From Squalus acanthias (taxonomy: Eukaryota): a stretch of 64,000 bases of DNA. The stretch covers positions 7,068,001-7,132,000 of the forward strand of contig CM059453.1 in NCBI GenBank assembly GCA_030390025.1, given 5' to 3'. This document shows, in pieces, positions 1 to 12,169 of the stretch. Each line of letters begins with the position of its first letter. Position 1 is the stretch's first letter. The notes beneath the pieces are model-generated. The model worked only from the letters and a program-made list of their open reading frames with translations. It did not search any database and was not told where the DNA came from. Made by a program: the position numbers and the translations under genes.

Positions 1-2100
1 CCCTTCCCAGATCCAGCATTGAAATAAGAAAACAATCATAAAAGGGTCACTGTGGCAACTGGGATATGAATGAGTTAATTTCACCAAATGTCATATCGCT
101 GAAGTGTGAATATAAACAGTTGAGGTCACATCGAAAAATGGAAGTTTACCGTGTGAAACTGTCAAACTATTTTGACCCTTTGACATTTCAGCCTGCTGAA
201 GGTGATAAACCCACATGTCTGCATAGAGCGGCTACAGAACAAACCACAGCATCTCGTTCACAGCACATTGGCAGCCAAGTACCTAAACATGTGAGAGATA
301 TGAGGCTAAAGTGTGAGCACAAGGCTATTTTAGATATTCGAATCATAAAAGTTAGTTCCTGTCCTGTAACTGTGTAGCTGATGGGGAGGGGGAGGAGGGG
401 TAATTCTCTGTTCGGGAGTCTTTGGCATTATGTTGATATCATCATAGCAAACGTAATAACGATATCTAAGAAGGGGGATAGAACATTTCAAGTTAATTAT
501 AGACCAGTCAGCTTATCATCGGTGGGAGAAAAATTAATGGAATCCCTATTTAAGGAGAAAATGGAAGAACATCTGGAAACCAAAAATCTAATAATGAATG
601 GTCAGCATGGATTTCAACAGGGAAAGTCTTGCTTGACCAACTTTATTGAATTGTTTGAAGAGGTAACTGCGAGAGTAGACAATTGCAATGCAGTAGATGT
701 AATTTATCTGGATTTTCAAAAGGCCTTCGATAAGGTACCACATAATAGACAGATGAACAAGGTCAGCGAAACTGGAGTCAGGGGACAAGTAGCAGATGGG
801 ATTGCTAGCTGGATTCAGAACAAACAGCAGAGAGTAGGAGTAAGGGGCAGCTATTCACAGTGGCAGCAGGTGGGTAGTGGTGTGCCACAAGGATCAGTGC
901 TGCGACCACTGCTGTTCAAAATTTGCATTAACGATTTAGACTTTGGAATCAAAAACAATTTCAGATGACACCAAATTGGGGGGGATAGTCAATACTGAGG
1001 AGGACTGCAACAAATTACAGGAGGACATTAATAAACTTACAGAATGGGCAAATAATTGGCAAATGAAGTTCAAAATAGATAAACGTGAGGTATTACATTT
1101 TGTTAGGAAGAATAGGGAGGTCACTTATTACTTGGATGGTGTGAGTCTAGGAGGGGTAGAGGAACAAAGGGATCTCGGAGTATAAATACACAAATCACTA
1201 AAAGTTGCGCCACAGGTTAGCAAGGCCATAAAAAGCAATTCAAGCACAACGCTTTAAGGATTGTTTCTAGAGGGATAGAATTGAAAAGTAGGGAAGTTAT
1301 GCTAAATCTGTAGGTGCAGAGAAGATTTACAAGTATGATACCAGAAATGCAAGGGTATACCTATCAGGAAAAGATGAAAAGGCTGGGTCTCTTTTCTCTT
1401 GAAAAAAGAAGGCTGAGGGATGACCTAAGAGAGGACTTTAAAAATATGAAAGGTTTTGATGAAGTGGATACAGAGAGAATGTTTCCACTTGTGGGGAAGA
1501 GCATATCTAGAGGCCATCAATATCAGATAGTCACCAAGAAATCCAATAGGGAATTCAGAAGAAACTTCTTTACCTAAAGCGTGGTGAGAATGTGGAACTC
1601 ACTACCACAGGGAGTGGTTGAAGCGAATAGTATGGATGCATTTAAGGGGAGGCTGGACAAGCATATGAGGGAGAACGGAACAGAGGGTTTTGCTGACAGA
1701 TTGAGGTGAGTAAAGATGGGAGGAGTCTGGAGTGGAACATAAACGCCGGCAGGGTCTGGTTGGGCCGGTTGGCCTGTTTCTGTGCCGTATATCCTATGTG
1801 ATCCTATGTAATCATCAGTAAATCTGAACATGTTCACAGACATATTCGAACTGTCCGAGAGTGACAACAGTTATGTTCACTAACAGTGAAGGAGTTTCAC
1901 AACCTATGTGAGGTAACACGGTTGCCAATGATTGGTGGATTTCCAACAGTTGATATCCCGATGCTCTTATACAATAGATTACTGGCGAGCTGAATCCAGC
2001 ACCGTGATTAGTCTTAGACTGAGAATGTTGTTATACATCGTGAACTCTCTGCAGTGATGAAGTTTATTTCACTCCTCCTGATATTTTCCGAATTTAAAAT
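1..2100 (+). pseudogene. Diverged 5' remnant of a fourth Siglec-like paralog (intron-1-like sequence plus leader exon 2057-2092), with no V exon following
   Basis: 1-380 aligns by eye with 9870-10250 and 33040-33440 (e.g. aatgagttaatttca...tataaaca...tgacatttcag). gcag|tgATGAAGTTTATTTCACTCCTCCTGATATTTTCCGAA encodes MKFISLLLIFSE, similar to the leaders of copies 1-3, but the GT donor is replaced by TTTAAAAT. Confidence 0.65.
440..1812 (+). mobile_element. CR1/L3-type LINE, 5'-truncated and degenerate (ORF2 RT region plus 3' tail)
   Basis: ORFs 381-968, 943-1185 and 1314-1577 carry CR1 RT motifs (NYRPVSL, QHGF, YLDFQKAFDKVPH, SGVPQGSVL, DDTKL, RRLR). Ends in a tcctatgt repeat tail. Confidence 0.93.
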
Positions 2101-2713
2101 CAGTTCTCCTGGAGGCAATTTCCATCGTGTGGGAAAATGCCCAAGTAACTAGTAATAGATCCAGGATTGTACCCATACTGATGGGTTTGGCAGGACCTGT
2201 TGTTTAAATCACTTTCAGCTGTGTATTTTCTCGACAAAAACTCCAGGTCCAATTCACACGTACCAGACATCAGACCGAAATTTGCAACAAAAAAACACTG
2301 CAACACATAAGGGGGAGTTTGTATTAAGTTGTGCAAAATTAGAGAGCTTGAGTGTGAAATTCAAAATTAAATCAATTGGAAAACAAGCTGTTTAACACAG
2401 CGTCAAACGCTTTACTGTCAAACAGCTCCTATCTATGACGTCGCAGATGCATGTTGAAGCGCTCATTAACGAAGGTGACAAAACCACACGTCTACAGACT
2501 GCAGCTAGCTAACTAACTGTAGTGACACTTCTCCAGCATTCAGCTCGTATTTGCTGCCAGAAAGCAGAATATGTGTGAAATGTGAGTCAGAGGCGTCTGC
2601 AAGCGTGTGCGGTGCCATTCTGACGCAGACTGCAATTATTAATATCATAAACAACAGTACATTTGTGTGTTTCTATGTGAGAGAGAGAGATGTTATTTCT
2701 GTATTAAGCATTC

Positions 2714-5700
2714 TGTAGCAACTGATAAACATAACATAACATCATTTTCAGTAACAGTCGGTCACACGCAGCCCATGTACATTTATTTATTATTATGCTG
2801 CAGGAAAGACTGATATTTAAAGATATTTAGTAAACGTGAATCATATATGTATAACTTCAAGTGTAGCCATTGACCGAATAATATTACCAATAATTACTCC
2901 TGAGTAACTAAGAAAAGTAAGAATTGTTCAAAATGCAGCTGTGAGGACAGTCAAAAGCAGTTTTGACTAAGCTTTGATAACAAACATTCACAGGCTGCTC
3001 GTGAAGGTTAATTCATTAAATAACATATTATGATGCTAAGTAGAAATTAGAATTCGCTGAACAAAAGTAATTGCAACGATATTTAAAACATAATTAGTAT
3101 AAGGACATAAAATGAGAGAGATCATGGAGATAAAGTATTTATCTGGTAGATTAAACTTGAGATAGTCTGGATTCCTCAAGACGAGTGAAACAGCGCTGAT
3201 ATGGGCCCTTGGTATAGACAGGTCGTGTACTGCTTGAAGCCAGAAATGAAAGAGATAAAGTAAATTCCAATGGGGTGAAAAAAAATAAACAAGATAACAC
3301 TGAACATGGCAAAGTTGGTGGAAAAATACTGGAATGGCGGGATGCTACCTTAGTCTGAGTGACAATGGTATTTTGACCATTAGAACCAATTAACAAAGGT
3401 GATTTTGTTAAAGACCATATATGGACACTGTCCAAACGAACTGTTGATAAGAAAAGGGTTAAAACCTCGAGACTCAAAGAACAACTTCACACAGATATAC
3501 TGCGAGAACAAAGGAACAGACTTAAGAGGACAGCATCTGAGTCCGAGAGGTTCCAGAGACATAGGGCTGCGAGCTACTCGTTTAAACTATCGCCTAATAT
3601 TAAGTAGATTATGCTGTATGCTTAATAAATCTTGATCTGTTGCTCAAACATACTGGCTGCTGTCTGTTGGTGTCTTATCCAAGAACTCACAGATCGTTAA
3701 GATCTTACAAATTGGCACCCCAGATGGAACAACACAAAGCGGCTAGTATTGTGTAATAGATCGGACCTGGAAAGTAGCTTCCTGATCAGCTGCTGCATTT
3801 GTGGAGGGATAAACCCCGTGGGGAGTGGTCAGTGCCTGTGAATTGCGCGCCGACAGTTATTGATGTTAGAGGTCTGTTAAGAAAATCACCAAATGGCTGG
3901 CAAAATTATGTCAATGCATATAAGTTGGACAGAGGTGCTTGTACGGAGAAAGTGCAGGGATTATTGACGGAATGTTTAATCAAAGGAGACCGAGTCCCCT
4001 TTGAAAAAGTAATAAACTTTATTCCAGAAAGTCTGTCTCAGAAAAAAACACAACGGGTTAAGAGAGAAACATAGCCAGGTGATTAAGCATAAAGTGCAAG
4101 AGAGAGAGGGAGTGATAAAGAAGGAAAAAGATCTAATTTGCAGGCTAACCAATCAGAAAACTCAGAAAAGGAAGGAAAAAAACAGGGATTTGGAAAGCCA
4201 GGAAAAGCTGCTGAAACACCGATGTAAAAAGAGAAAAAAAAAAGAGAAACTTAAAGTTTGACCGACATGGAAATTATTAACATTTGTGCCGAGACAAATA
4301 AAACACAAGATTTGCTGAGTGAAAGGAAACTAAATAAATGCTGGAATTTCAGTTTAAGTGAAAGTGTGCAAGTTTTCCCGACTCTGAAAGCTTAAGATGT
4401 TACAGTATTCCTTTCTCTGAAAGTCAGTCTATAAAACAAAAAGTGTTTGTTAATGTGTGTTTTAGCTCCACCCACTTCTCTGTGTTAAAAGCCTTTAACA
4501 CTTTTGTCTTGTCTTGGATTTTGGAAGTTTTAAGAATGTGCGAATAAGATTGTGCCCTAATATTTGGGGGAAAAAAACTTTGAACTACAATTTCAGTTAA
4601 GTGGGTTTGTAAAAACTGTGAAGAACAACAAATAATTTGTTTAACAAAAGATTAAGTTTCGGTCTAAGATTTAACCTTGGAGTCGCGGTTGCTATGGTGA
4701 AATCTTCTAAAGCAGTTTGATTTGATTTGTGTAAATGTGAAAAAATATGTTCTCCAGTTATATTCAATGTCTTTACAGTATTTTGGAAAGGCATCTGAGG
4801 AAAGGACAATAAGAAATATGACGTAATTTATGGTTTTCTACAAGCATGTACTAGTTTGTTTTTTATCTGTTGTGTTCATGTTTAGTTGAAGTGTGAAAAC
4901 ACAGCTGTCTTTTACGATCGGGAAAGTTTTTTTTAATTTACGTGAAGTGACGCAATTGCGTGCACTTGACAATGTTTCCCTCCACCTTCTTAAAGACCTG
5001 CAAAGGAGTTAACCCTTTCCACTGACTGCTGTTTAAGTTCACCAAGCAACAACTTTAGTATGACATTTAAAGATATTGGACATTATTAAATTTAAGTTTC
5101 TTAATTTTAAGTTAATATTTCCCCAGAATGATAGAAGGAAAATTATGATTTGATAAATTAACTCTCAGCAGAGCCACAATGGATTTTCTTCTTTCTTTTG
5201 TTATATGGAAGTTACCTTGTAAACTAATTGCAGCACTTCTGTCTCTAATGTTAAAACACTGTGTATGCCACCGAGCTTGAGAATCATTTGTTTCTGAAAT
5301 TGAAAATGGAAGATATATTGATAGAAATGAAATTGAACATTGACAAAACCTTTCAGTTCAACAATACTGCTGTTTGGAATATGGGATAATTTTGTCATAA
5401 GAAAATGGAATCGGGCACTATATATTGGGTTACTTTTGGGAAAATAAAAGATCCTCTAAAATAATGATAACTAAAAAAGTGTTAATAACTTGGACAAAGT
5501 GAGAATGTTTGATCTATGTTTTCAATCTTAAATATTGTATTGGACAGTAAAGTTCCTCCAGGGCTCATGAATGAGATATGAATAGTAATTAATATTTTAT
5601 ATAAAATGAAGAGAGGAAGTGATTGACGGTGTGAGATAGAAACAGGAGAATTACACCACCAATTGAGAATATTCCAAACTTTCTATTGAAAGTCAGGAAA

Positions 5701-7140
5701 GTTTAGTTAAGAATAGTAAATTGATAGCTTTCTCTTGGGGAAATTTGTGTCCCTGCCTATAATGAACTTTTTAAGAAAAATGAATTTGATAGCCTGGCCA
5801 CTAACCTAGACATCGGGACCATGCGGTCGAAGATGAACAAAGACCTCCAGACAATCTTTTGATAAGATCACCTGAAAGCCCGAGAAAGGCTTGAATCGGA
5901 TGGCACGTGTGGCATAATATGGGGATACTGGTATGAGTGTGCAAATGTGATTTGTTACGTATGAAGCAATTACCATCCGGGAATGTATGTTGATTGTGCA
6001 CTGAAGAACGGGTCTCAGACATGCTCAGTTACTTGACAACAGCAAAACATGAAATGGTTAATGTGGTTCAGGAGAGCGAGACAACCTTCAAAGCATTGAC
6101 ACATACTCCATCGAGAACCTGTCTAATTAATTAAACAATCAGAATAGAGTTAAATACACTGGTACCTGTTCGAGGGATTGAAATTGAAGTTGAAGTGGAC
6201 AGTTACATGGAATCTGGATTGGGACAATTGAGGGCTAAGGAGAAAGCATGTTTAGTTAGAATAATCCACAAGATGGATATGAGTAAAAGAGAGATCTGGA
6301 TAATCTTTTAAGTCCATGATTTGTTGATTAGATGTTAAACTGCAATGTCGCTTGAAATGATTGTAAGACTGAATTTAACTGTGACTGTAATAATTGTGTG
6401 TTGTAGGTAACAGAGCGTGGGAAAAACCAGTGCGAATCCAGTATGAGGTGGTTTTGATGGTGCCTCCTGTGGCACTACTACCGCAGCTACCATGCTTTAC
6501 CGGTCTAACAGGACCTATCCCATCAATCAACAAGTTTTAATCAATATCAAAACCTATGCGCAAGTGAAACTGAAAGTAAATGTGATACTTAAGTGTGAGC
6601 TGCACAATTATGTGGCACAATTTGGATACGACATTCCCCTGCTGTCTGAGGGTTTCAGTGAGCTCATGGTGCAACTGAACTCCTCCCTAAAGCTTTTTTA
6701 TGTTTTGGAGAAAGACAACTCGAGAATGGATATTGAAATTGACAGCATAGAGGACAACTCACATTGGTGGGATATTGGGCTTTATATATCAGCACACCCT
6801 TAGGTTTGTATTATTTCACATGCTCTGGTATTTCTCCAACTTGGAATGATAGTGTATTTGATATATGTAACGTGTGTAGTTAGACTTTGAGACATAAGCA
6901 AATTGTATACACATGCCTATGACTAACCAGCACTAACAAATTAATTGAGCACACCGAAAGAGAAGATCCGAAGCAACGTAGTGGAGACCCCAGACCAGGT
7001 AACATCAGGAAAGATATAAGAAAAAGAGGATAACCCACGCGGGGCAGAATTGGAACACCAGAACCGGGAATTGAATTTAAAAAAGGGATCAGATCAGGGC
7101 CCTGTGAGTGCCATAGTTAGCTCCCAGGCCTATAATAAAA
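2714..7140 (+). mobile_element. ERV-like element 1 (non-autonomous, degenerate): LTR ending 3709, PBS, gag-like remnant, AT-rich internal region, env-like remnant
   Basis: AATAAA at 3624-3629, LTR end ...TTACA at 3709 and PBS at 3713. The degenerate ORF 6492-6803 is followed by a hydrophobic anchor-like stretch (HWWDIG...HP*VCIISHALVFLQLGMIVYLIYV). No pol is recognisable, and the LTR 5' boundary is uncertain. Confidence 0.7.
3713..3730 (+). promoter_or_regulatory. Retroviral primer-binding site, tRNA-Arg(CCT)-type
   Basis: TGGCACCCCAGATGGAAC lies 3 nt after the LTR-terminal CA and matches 17/18 to the recalled complement of the vertebrate tRNA-Arg-CCT 3' end (TGGCACCCCAGATGGGAC). Confidence 0.75.
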
Positions 7141-7430
7141 AGGGTCTGGACACACATCCCTAAACTGGTCAGTAAAGCCAAGCTGAGAACTGGGTCTGAA
7201 CACACATCGCTAATCTAGTCAGTAATGCCAAGCTGAGACCTGGGTCTGAACACACATCCCTAAACTAGACAATAAAGCCAAGCTGAGACCTGGGTCTGAA
7301 CACACATCCCTAAACTAGTCAGTAATGTCAAGCTGATACCTGGGTCTGAACACACATCCCTAATCTAGTCAGTAATGTCAAGCTGATACCTCGGTCTGAA
7401 CACACATCCCTCAACTAGCCTGTAAATCCA
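7141..7430. repeat. 50-bp minisatellite, about 5.8 copies
   Basis: Unit tgggtctgaacacacatccctaaactagtcagtaa(a/t)g(c/t)caagctga(g/t)acc starts at 7141, 7191, 7241, 7291, 7341 and 7391. Confidence 0.95.
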
Positions 7431-8109
7431 GATTATGACATGGAACGTAGCACGCATTCCCTGTCCCCCTCTTTCACTGTCATACTCTCTCTCACACACT
7501 ATCTCTCTTTCTCTCTCTGCTCAAGAAAACAAGAAGACTGAGCAGTGACTTCATAGCTGTCTTGAACCTTTGATCTTAAGAAGCCGAGATTCATACAGTA
7601 AATAGTGGCATAATATTTACTGTAAATGTGTAATAACTCTATTTAATAGTTACAGCGACAGGTGGCACTAGGAAGTGACCAGTTGCAGCAAGAACTGTGA
7701 GAGTAACTAAGTAGGAAATAATTTGATATTGTCAGTGGCATCAAGGGATTGAAGGGAACTGCTTAACCCAACAACAGGATCGTGCTTAAGAAAACCAGCT
7801 AAAAGCACATAGAATACCTTCAAGGAGATAATAAATACATGACAAGAAACAGGTAATGCAGACTATTAATACAGTGTGAAGGAAATCAGTGCAATATGGA
7901 ATATCACAGGTGGTGGTTGAGGTAGGTTAGGGCGGAGGGGTAGGGTGGAGATTATTCCCGAGACACCAGTAGGAACATTGCGGCAGAGGTGGGGGTATGT
8001 AGTTGGAGGAGGAGGGAGGTGCGAGGAATTTCTTTGAGACACCATGTATAGTTCCGAGGAAGGGAAACAATTCGCTGAATGCGATGAGTTAATTACATCG
8101 AATTTGCAA

Positions 8110-8610
8110 CTTAGAAACAATACATTAGGCCCAACTGGTCTGAGCCTTCTCGCACCCCTCTTCATCTAACTCTATCAACATAACTTTCCATTGCTTTCCC
8201 TCTCATGTATTTATCTAACAGCCCCTTAAATGCATCTATGATATTCGCCTCAACAATTCCTTCTGCTAGCAAGTTCCACCTTCTAATCACACGCTCGGTA
8301 AAACAGTTTCTCCTGAATTCCTTATTGTATTTCTCAGTGACTAACTTATATCGAGGATCTCGAGTTTTGATCTCCCTACCAATGGAAACATCTCCCCTAC
8401 GTCAACCCTATCGAACCCCTTCATAATATTAAAGGCCTCTATTAGGTCACCTGTCAGCCTTCTCTTTTCTAGAGAAAAGCGCCCCAAACCGTTCAGTCTT
8501 TCCTCGTGCTTATAACCACTTATTTCTGGTATAATACTTGAAAATCTGTTTTGCACCTTCGCCAGTGCATCTATATCCTTTTCTATAATATGTAGACCAG
8601 AACTGTGTAT
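8110..8610 (-). mobile_element. CR1 LINE 3' fragment
   Basis: Minus ORF 8341-8691 contains [26 protein letters not shown]. Confidence 0.88.
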
Positions 8611-8679
8611 TGATTTAATTATTATTCTGCTGATGCACAATCCTTTCGTCTGCACACCCCAAATACAGCTACCGTTCCA

Positions 8680-11233
8680 TATACCCCACAATTATGGTCA
8701 GCACCGATTGTAAGGAGAATTGAAGTGGTGAATGACTATTGGTCGCGTGGACGCTGCAACGTGACCTTGTGCAATTCACTCTCACTGACTCTCAGTCACT
8801 TATTTAACATCCTTGAGGGAGTGAAATAAACACGAGGCACTCCCGAGAAGGTACTGTTCCCTATCCTGAATTTTCGAACCCTGAGATAGTCCAGAGAAAC
8901 TGGCCTTGCACCGGGACTGCATGTTCAATTTAGAGCGAATATATACTAGAATGTTAAAAACAGTCACATTCAGAAAGTCACATGGTGTGTTCCTGCTGGA
9001 CAATTATCATCCTCTGTACCGATTGCACATTCCTCATTCCTTATAGTGTATTTCCATTCACTGCCCGATGATATGTTATACGATGTAACAGCCTTGTACT
9101 AACTGGTTTGTAAGCCAGTGATCCCCATCCTGTAATGTGGGCCTCTGTTGTCTCGTCAGGGCTTCTTCTTTCTCGCTTTACAAAACTGTTTGATAATCTT
9201 TGGTTTTCAATTCTGCTGTATTCTTCTCCCAAAATGTTCACTGATATCTTCACCCCACAGACAGCAACTGACCTGTTTTGCCTTTTCAACATTTCCGGGT
9301 GTTCTACAAGGCTTTGTGTGCCCGGGATGTTCAAGTGTCCTGATTTATCAGTCGCGGCTGCCGAGCCCCTCTCATTGTGTGCGTCAGACAAACCCGGAGT
9401 ATGAAATATATTTCCTGTGTGGAGAAGTCCAATTAGTAGGAATAGAACGCTAATCATATTGTAATGGGAGAGCTCCAGAAAAATAAGCAATTTCCTCAGG
9501 AAAGTATAACGGATTTCAGATGTAGAATTGTGAAAATGGAAAAGAGTGATTTGTTCAAACTGCACGAGGCTCATCCGAGGTGCTTTACTGAGATCTATAA
9601 GGTAAGGTAGCGATTGATCACTGACCCCTTCATGGTAGCAGTGATACGGTCCTCTTATCTTCCAACTAATCTGGACTGATTCTGCTTCTTAATCCGAAGC
9701 GAAATGCGCCCAGTTTGAAGCTGGACTGTGTTCGAATGAGGTTCCCGATTGTATCCAGGATTTGATCCCACTGATCAATTTGCAGGGCTTTGTCCCCGTA
9801 GATAAAAATATCCACGTTATTTCCAGCAGCATTGAAACTCCAATCTGAAAGCTCACGTGACACATCACAGTTCCAGCACTAAAGTCAGAAAATTCATAAA
9901 CCTGTCATTGTAGCAACTCGGATCTCAATGAGTTAATTTCAGCAGATTTCATCTCGCTGCAGTGTCAGTATAAACAATTGAAATCACTTCTATAAATGGC
10001 ACTTTATCCACTTGAAACTGTTTACTGATAAACTCTTGTGTATCTTTTGACATTTCAGATACGTGTTGTGATCCGAACACATGAAGGTGATCAACCCACA
10101 CGTCTGCAGACAACGGCTACAGAACTAACCACAGCTTCACACTTCAAACACTCACAGTGCAAGGGCTGCTAAATAGCTCAGTGTGTGGGAGTTGGGAGTC
10201 GGGGCTTCTAAAGCTGGTGGAGAGGCTAGTTTAGATATTGCAATCTAAAGTGCCATATACCCTACAATTAGTGTCAGCACCTATTGTAAGAAAATTAGTT
10301 GAACGTGTGAATGACTATTGGTCGCGTGGGCGCTGCAACTTGCCCGTGTGCATTTCACTCTCACTGACTCTCATTCACTTATTTAACATCCTTCAGGGAG
10401 TGGAATATCCGCGCGGCCCTCCTGAGAAGGCACTGTTTCCTTTCCTGAATTGCCGAACCCAGAGATAGTCCAGAGAAACTGGCATTGCACCGGGACTGCA
10501 TGTTCAATTTAGTGCGTATATATCCGAGAATGTTAAAAACAGTCACATTCAGAAAGTCACATGGTGTGTTCCTGGTGGACAATTATCATCCTCTGTACCG
10601 ATTGCACATTCCTCAATTGTATTTCCATTCACTGCCCGATGATATTTTATATGTTGTAACAGCCTTGTACTAACTGGTTAGTAAGCCAGTGATCCCCATC
10701 CTGTAAAGTGGGCCTCTGTTGTCTCGTCAAGGCTTCTTCTTTCTCGCTTTACTAAACAGTTTGATTACCTTCCGTTTTCAATTCTGATTAATTCTTTACC
10801 CGAAATGTTCACTGATTTCTTCATCCAACAGATAGCGACTGACCTGTTTTGCCTTTTCAACGGTTCCTGGTGTTCTACAAGGCTTTGGTTGCCAGGGATG
10901 TTCAGGGGCCCTGATCTATCTGTCGCGGCTGCCGAGCCCCTCTCCTTGTGTGCTTCAGAAAAAGCCGGATTATTAAATATATTTCCTGCGTGGAGAAGTC
11001 CAATTAGTATGAATAGAACACTCAACATATTGTAATGGGAGAGCGCCAGAAAAATAAGCAATTTCCTCAGGAAAGTGTTACGGATTTCAGATATAGAATT
11101 GTGAAAATGAAGAAGCGTGAGTTGTTCAAACTGCACGAGGCTCACCCGAGGTGCTTTACTGAGATCTATAAGGTAAGGTAGCGATTGATCACTAACCACT
11201 TCATGGCAGCAGTGATACGGTCCTCTTATCTTC
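8680..11233. repeat. Local tandem duplication (period about 1.57 kb) of the putative promoter/5'-UTR region of Siglec-like copy 1
   Basis: 8680-9663 matches 10255-11233 (e.g. gaatgactattggtcgcgtgg at 8730 and 10310; gagatctataaggtaaggtagcg at 9590 and 11161). Confidence 0.92.
11047..11172 (+). other. Putative non-coding first exon of the Siglec-like unit; homologs at about 9477-9601, 32641-32765 and 52512-52636
   Basis: Conserved block ending in a strong donor TAAG|GTAAGG, located about 1 kb upstream of the leader-exon acceptor in copies 2 and 3. The exon start is undefined. Confidence 0.45.
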
Positions 11234-12151
11234 TGAAGTATCCAGCTAGTTCCCAAAGAATTCTGGGATCTTGGCTAGGTTTGACCCTCCCATTGAAGGT
11301 AACTGTAAGAAATAGCTCACTGAAAAGTTTAGATTGTTCCCAAAGAATTCTGGGATACTTGACTTTGTTTAACGCTCTCATAAAAAAGGCTCTTGTAAGG
11401 AATAGCTGTAGCTTCAAAGATAGGGCTTAATTAAAACGGAGACTGACAACATGCAGCTTGGGACAGATAGCAGGAATGTTAGCGAGGTCGAATATCGAAC
11501 TTTCAAAGACTAGTAAAAGTGATAAGGGGCTCTTAAAATGCTAGGAACTGGCACTTTTGTAGGCTGCAAGGCGTCTCTTCACTAATTAAACTTCGGGATG
11601 TGTATTCACAGCGCCTTAGTGGAGTCACTGTCCAAGCACGGCCTGTCCTCCCAGGAGATAAGGGTACCAATTATCAAACATGGTACGAGTTCGTTGGACA
11701 CAGAAATCACTGTGGCTGTGTGCTTGTTCGGCAGTTAAGGGTAAAACTGGTCCTCTCGAACAATAAACTATGTTTATAGCGAGGAAGAGATAACATCAGG
11801 AATGTGGAGGTAGGGTTACTCCCAACATCTGTGTCCAGCATGGGCAACTTAGGGGCACCTGAGTTCAGGGGATGGGCCCAACAGTTGAGTGACTAAACAC
11901 CAAAACCAATAAAGAGCAACTGCGGTGACGTTGTTTGTACGTGTACGACCTATTCTGTAGTAAGTGGGCGTTGCTTATAGAACTGTATATCTTGAATGAA
12001 CCGGTGTTTTTCATTTGTGAGTGCACCTCAAGCTTGAGGAAGCTGGGTGGCTCCCCTTGTGCACAAGTCTCTCTCAGTATTTTTAATAAATTGTGTTCTT
12101 GTCCTCAATACCGTCTCCGTCTAGAGTTTCTCCAAATTCGAATCTAACAGT

Positions 12152-12169
12152 TGGTGTCAGAAGTGAGAT
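12152..12169 (+). promoter_or_regulatory. Retroviral primer-binding site, tRNA-Leu type
   Basis: TGGTGTCAGAAGTGAGAT lies 2 nt after the LTR CA and matches 17/18 to the tRNA-Leu(CAA) PBS TGGTGTCAGAAGTGGGAT. Confidence 0.85.

Noticed and set aside
7141-7430. Regular repeats resembling a CRISPR array
   Set aside because: These are head-to-tail 50-bp units without unique spacers, there are no cas genes, and the context is vertebrate. It is a minisatellite.
9041-11256. 177-aa and 163-aa minus-strand ORFs
   Set aside because: They are duplicates of the same non-coding-looking segment, with no domain beyond the short hydrophobic stretch reported separately.
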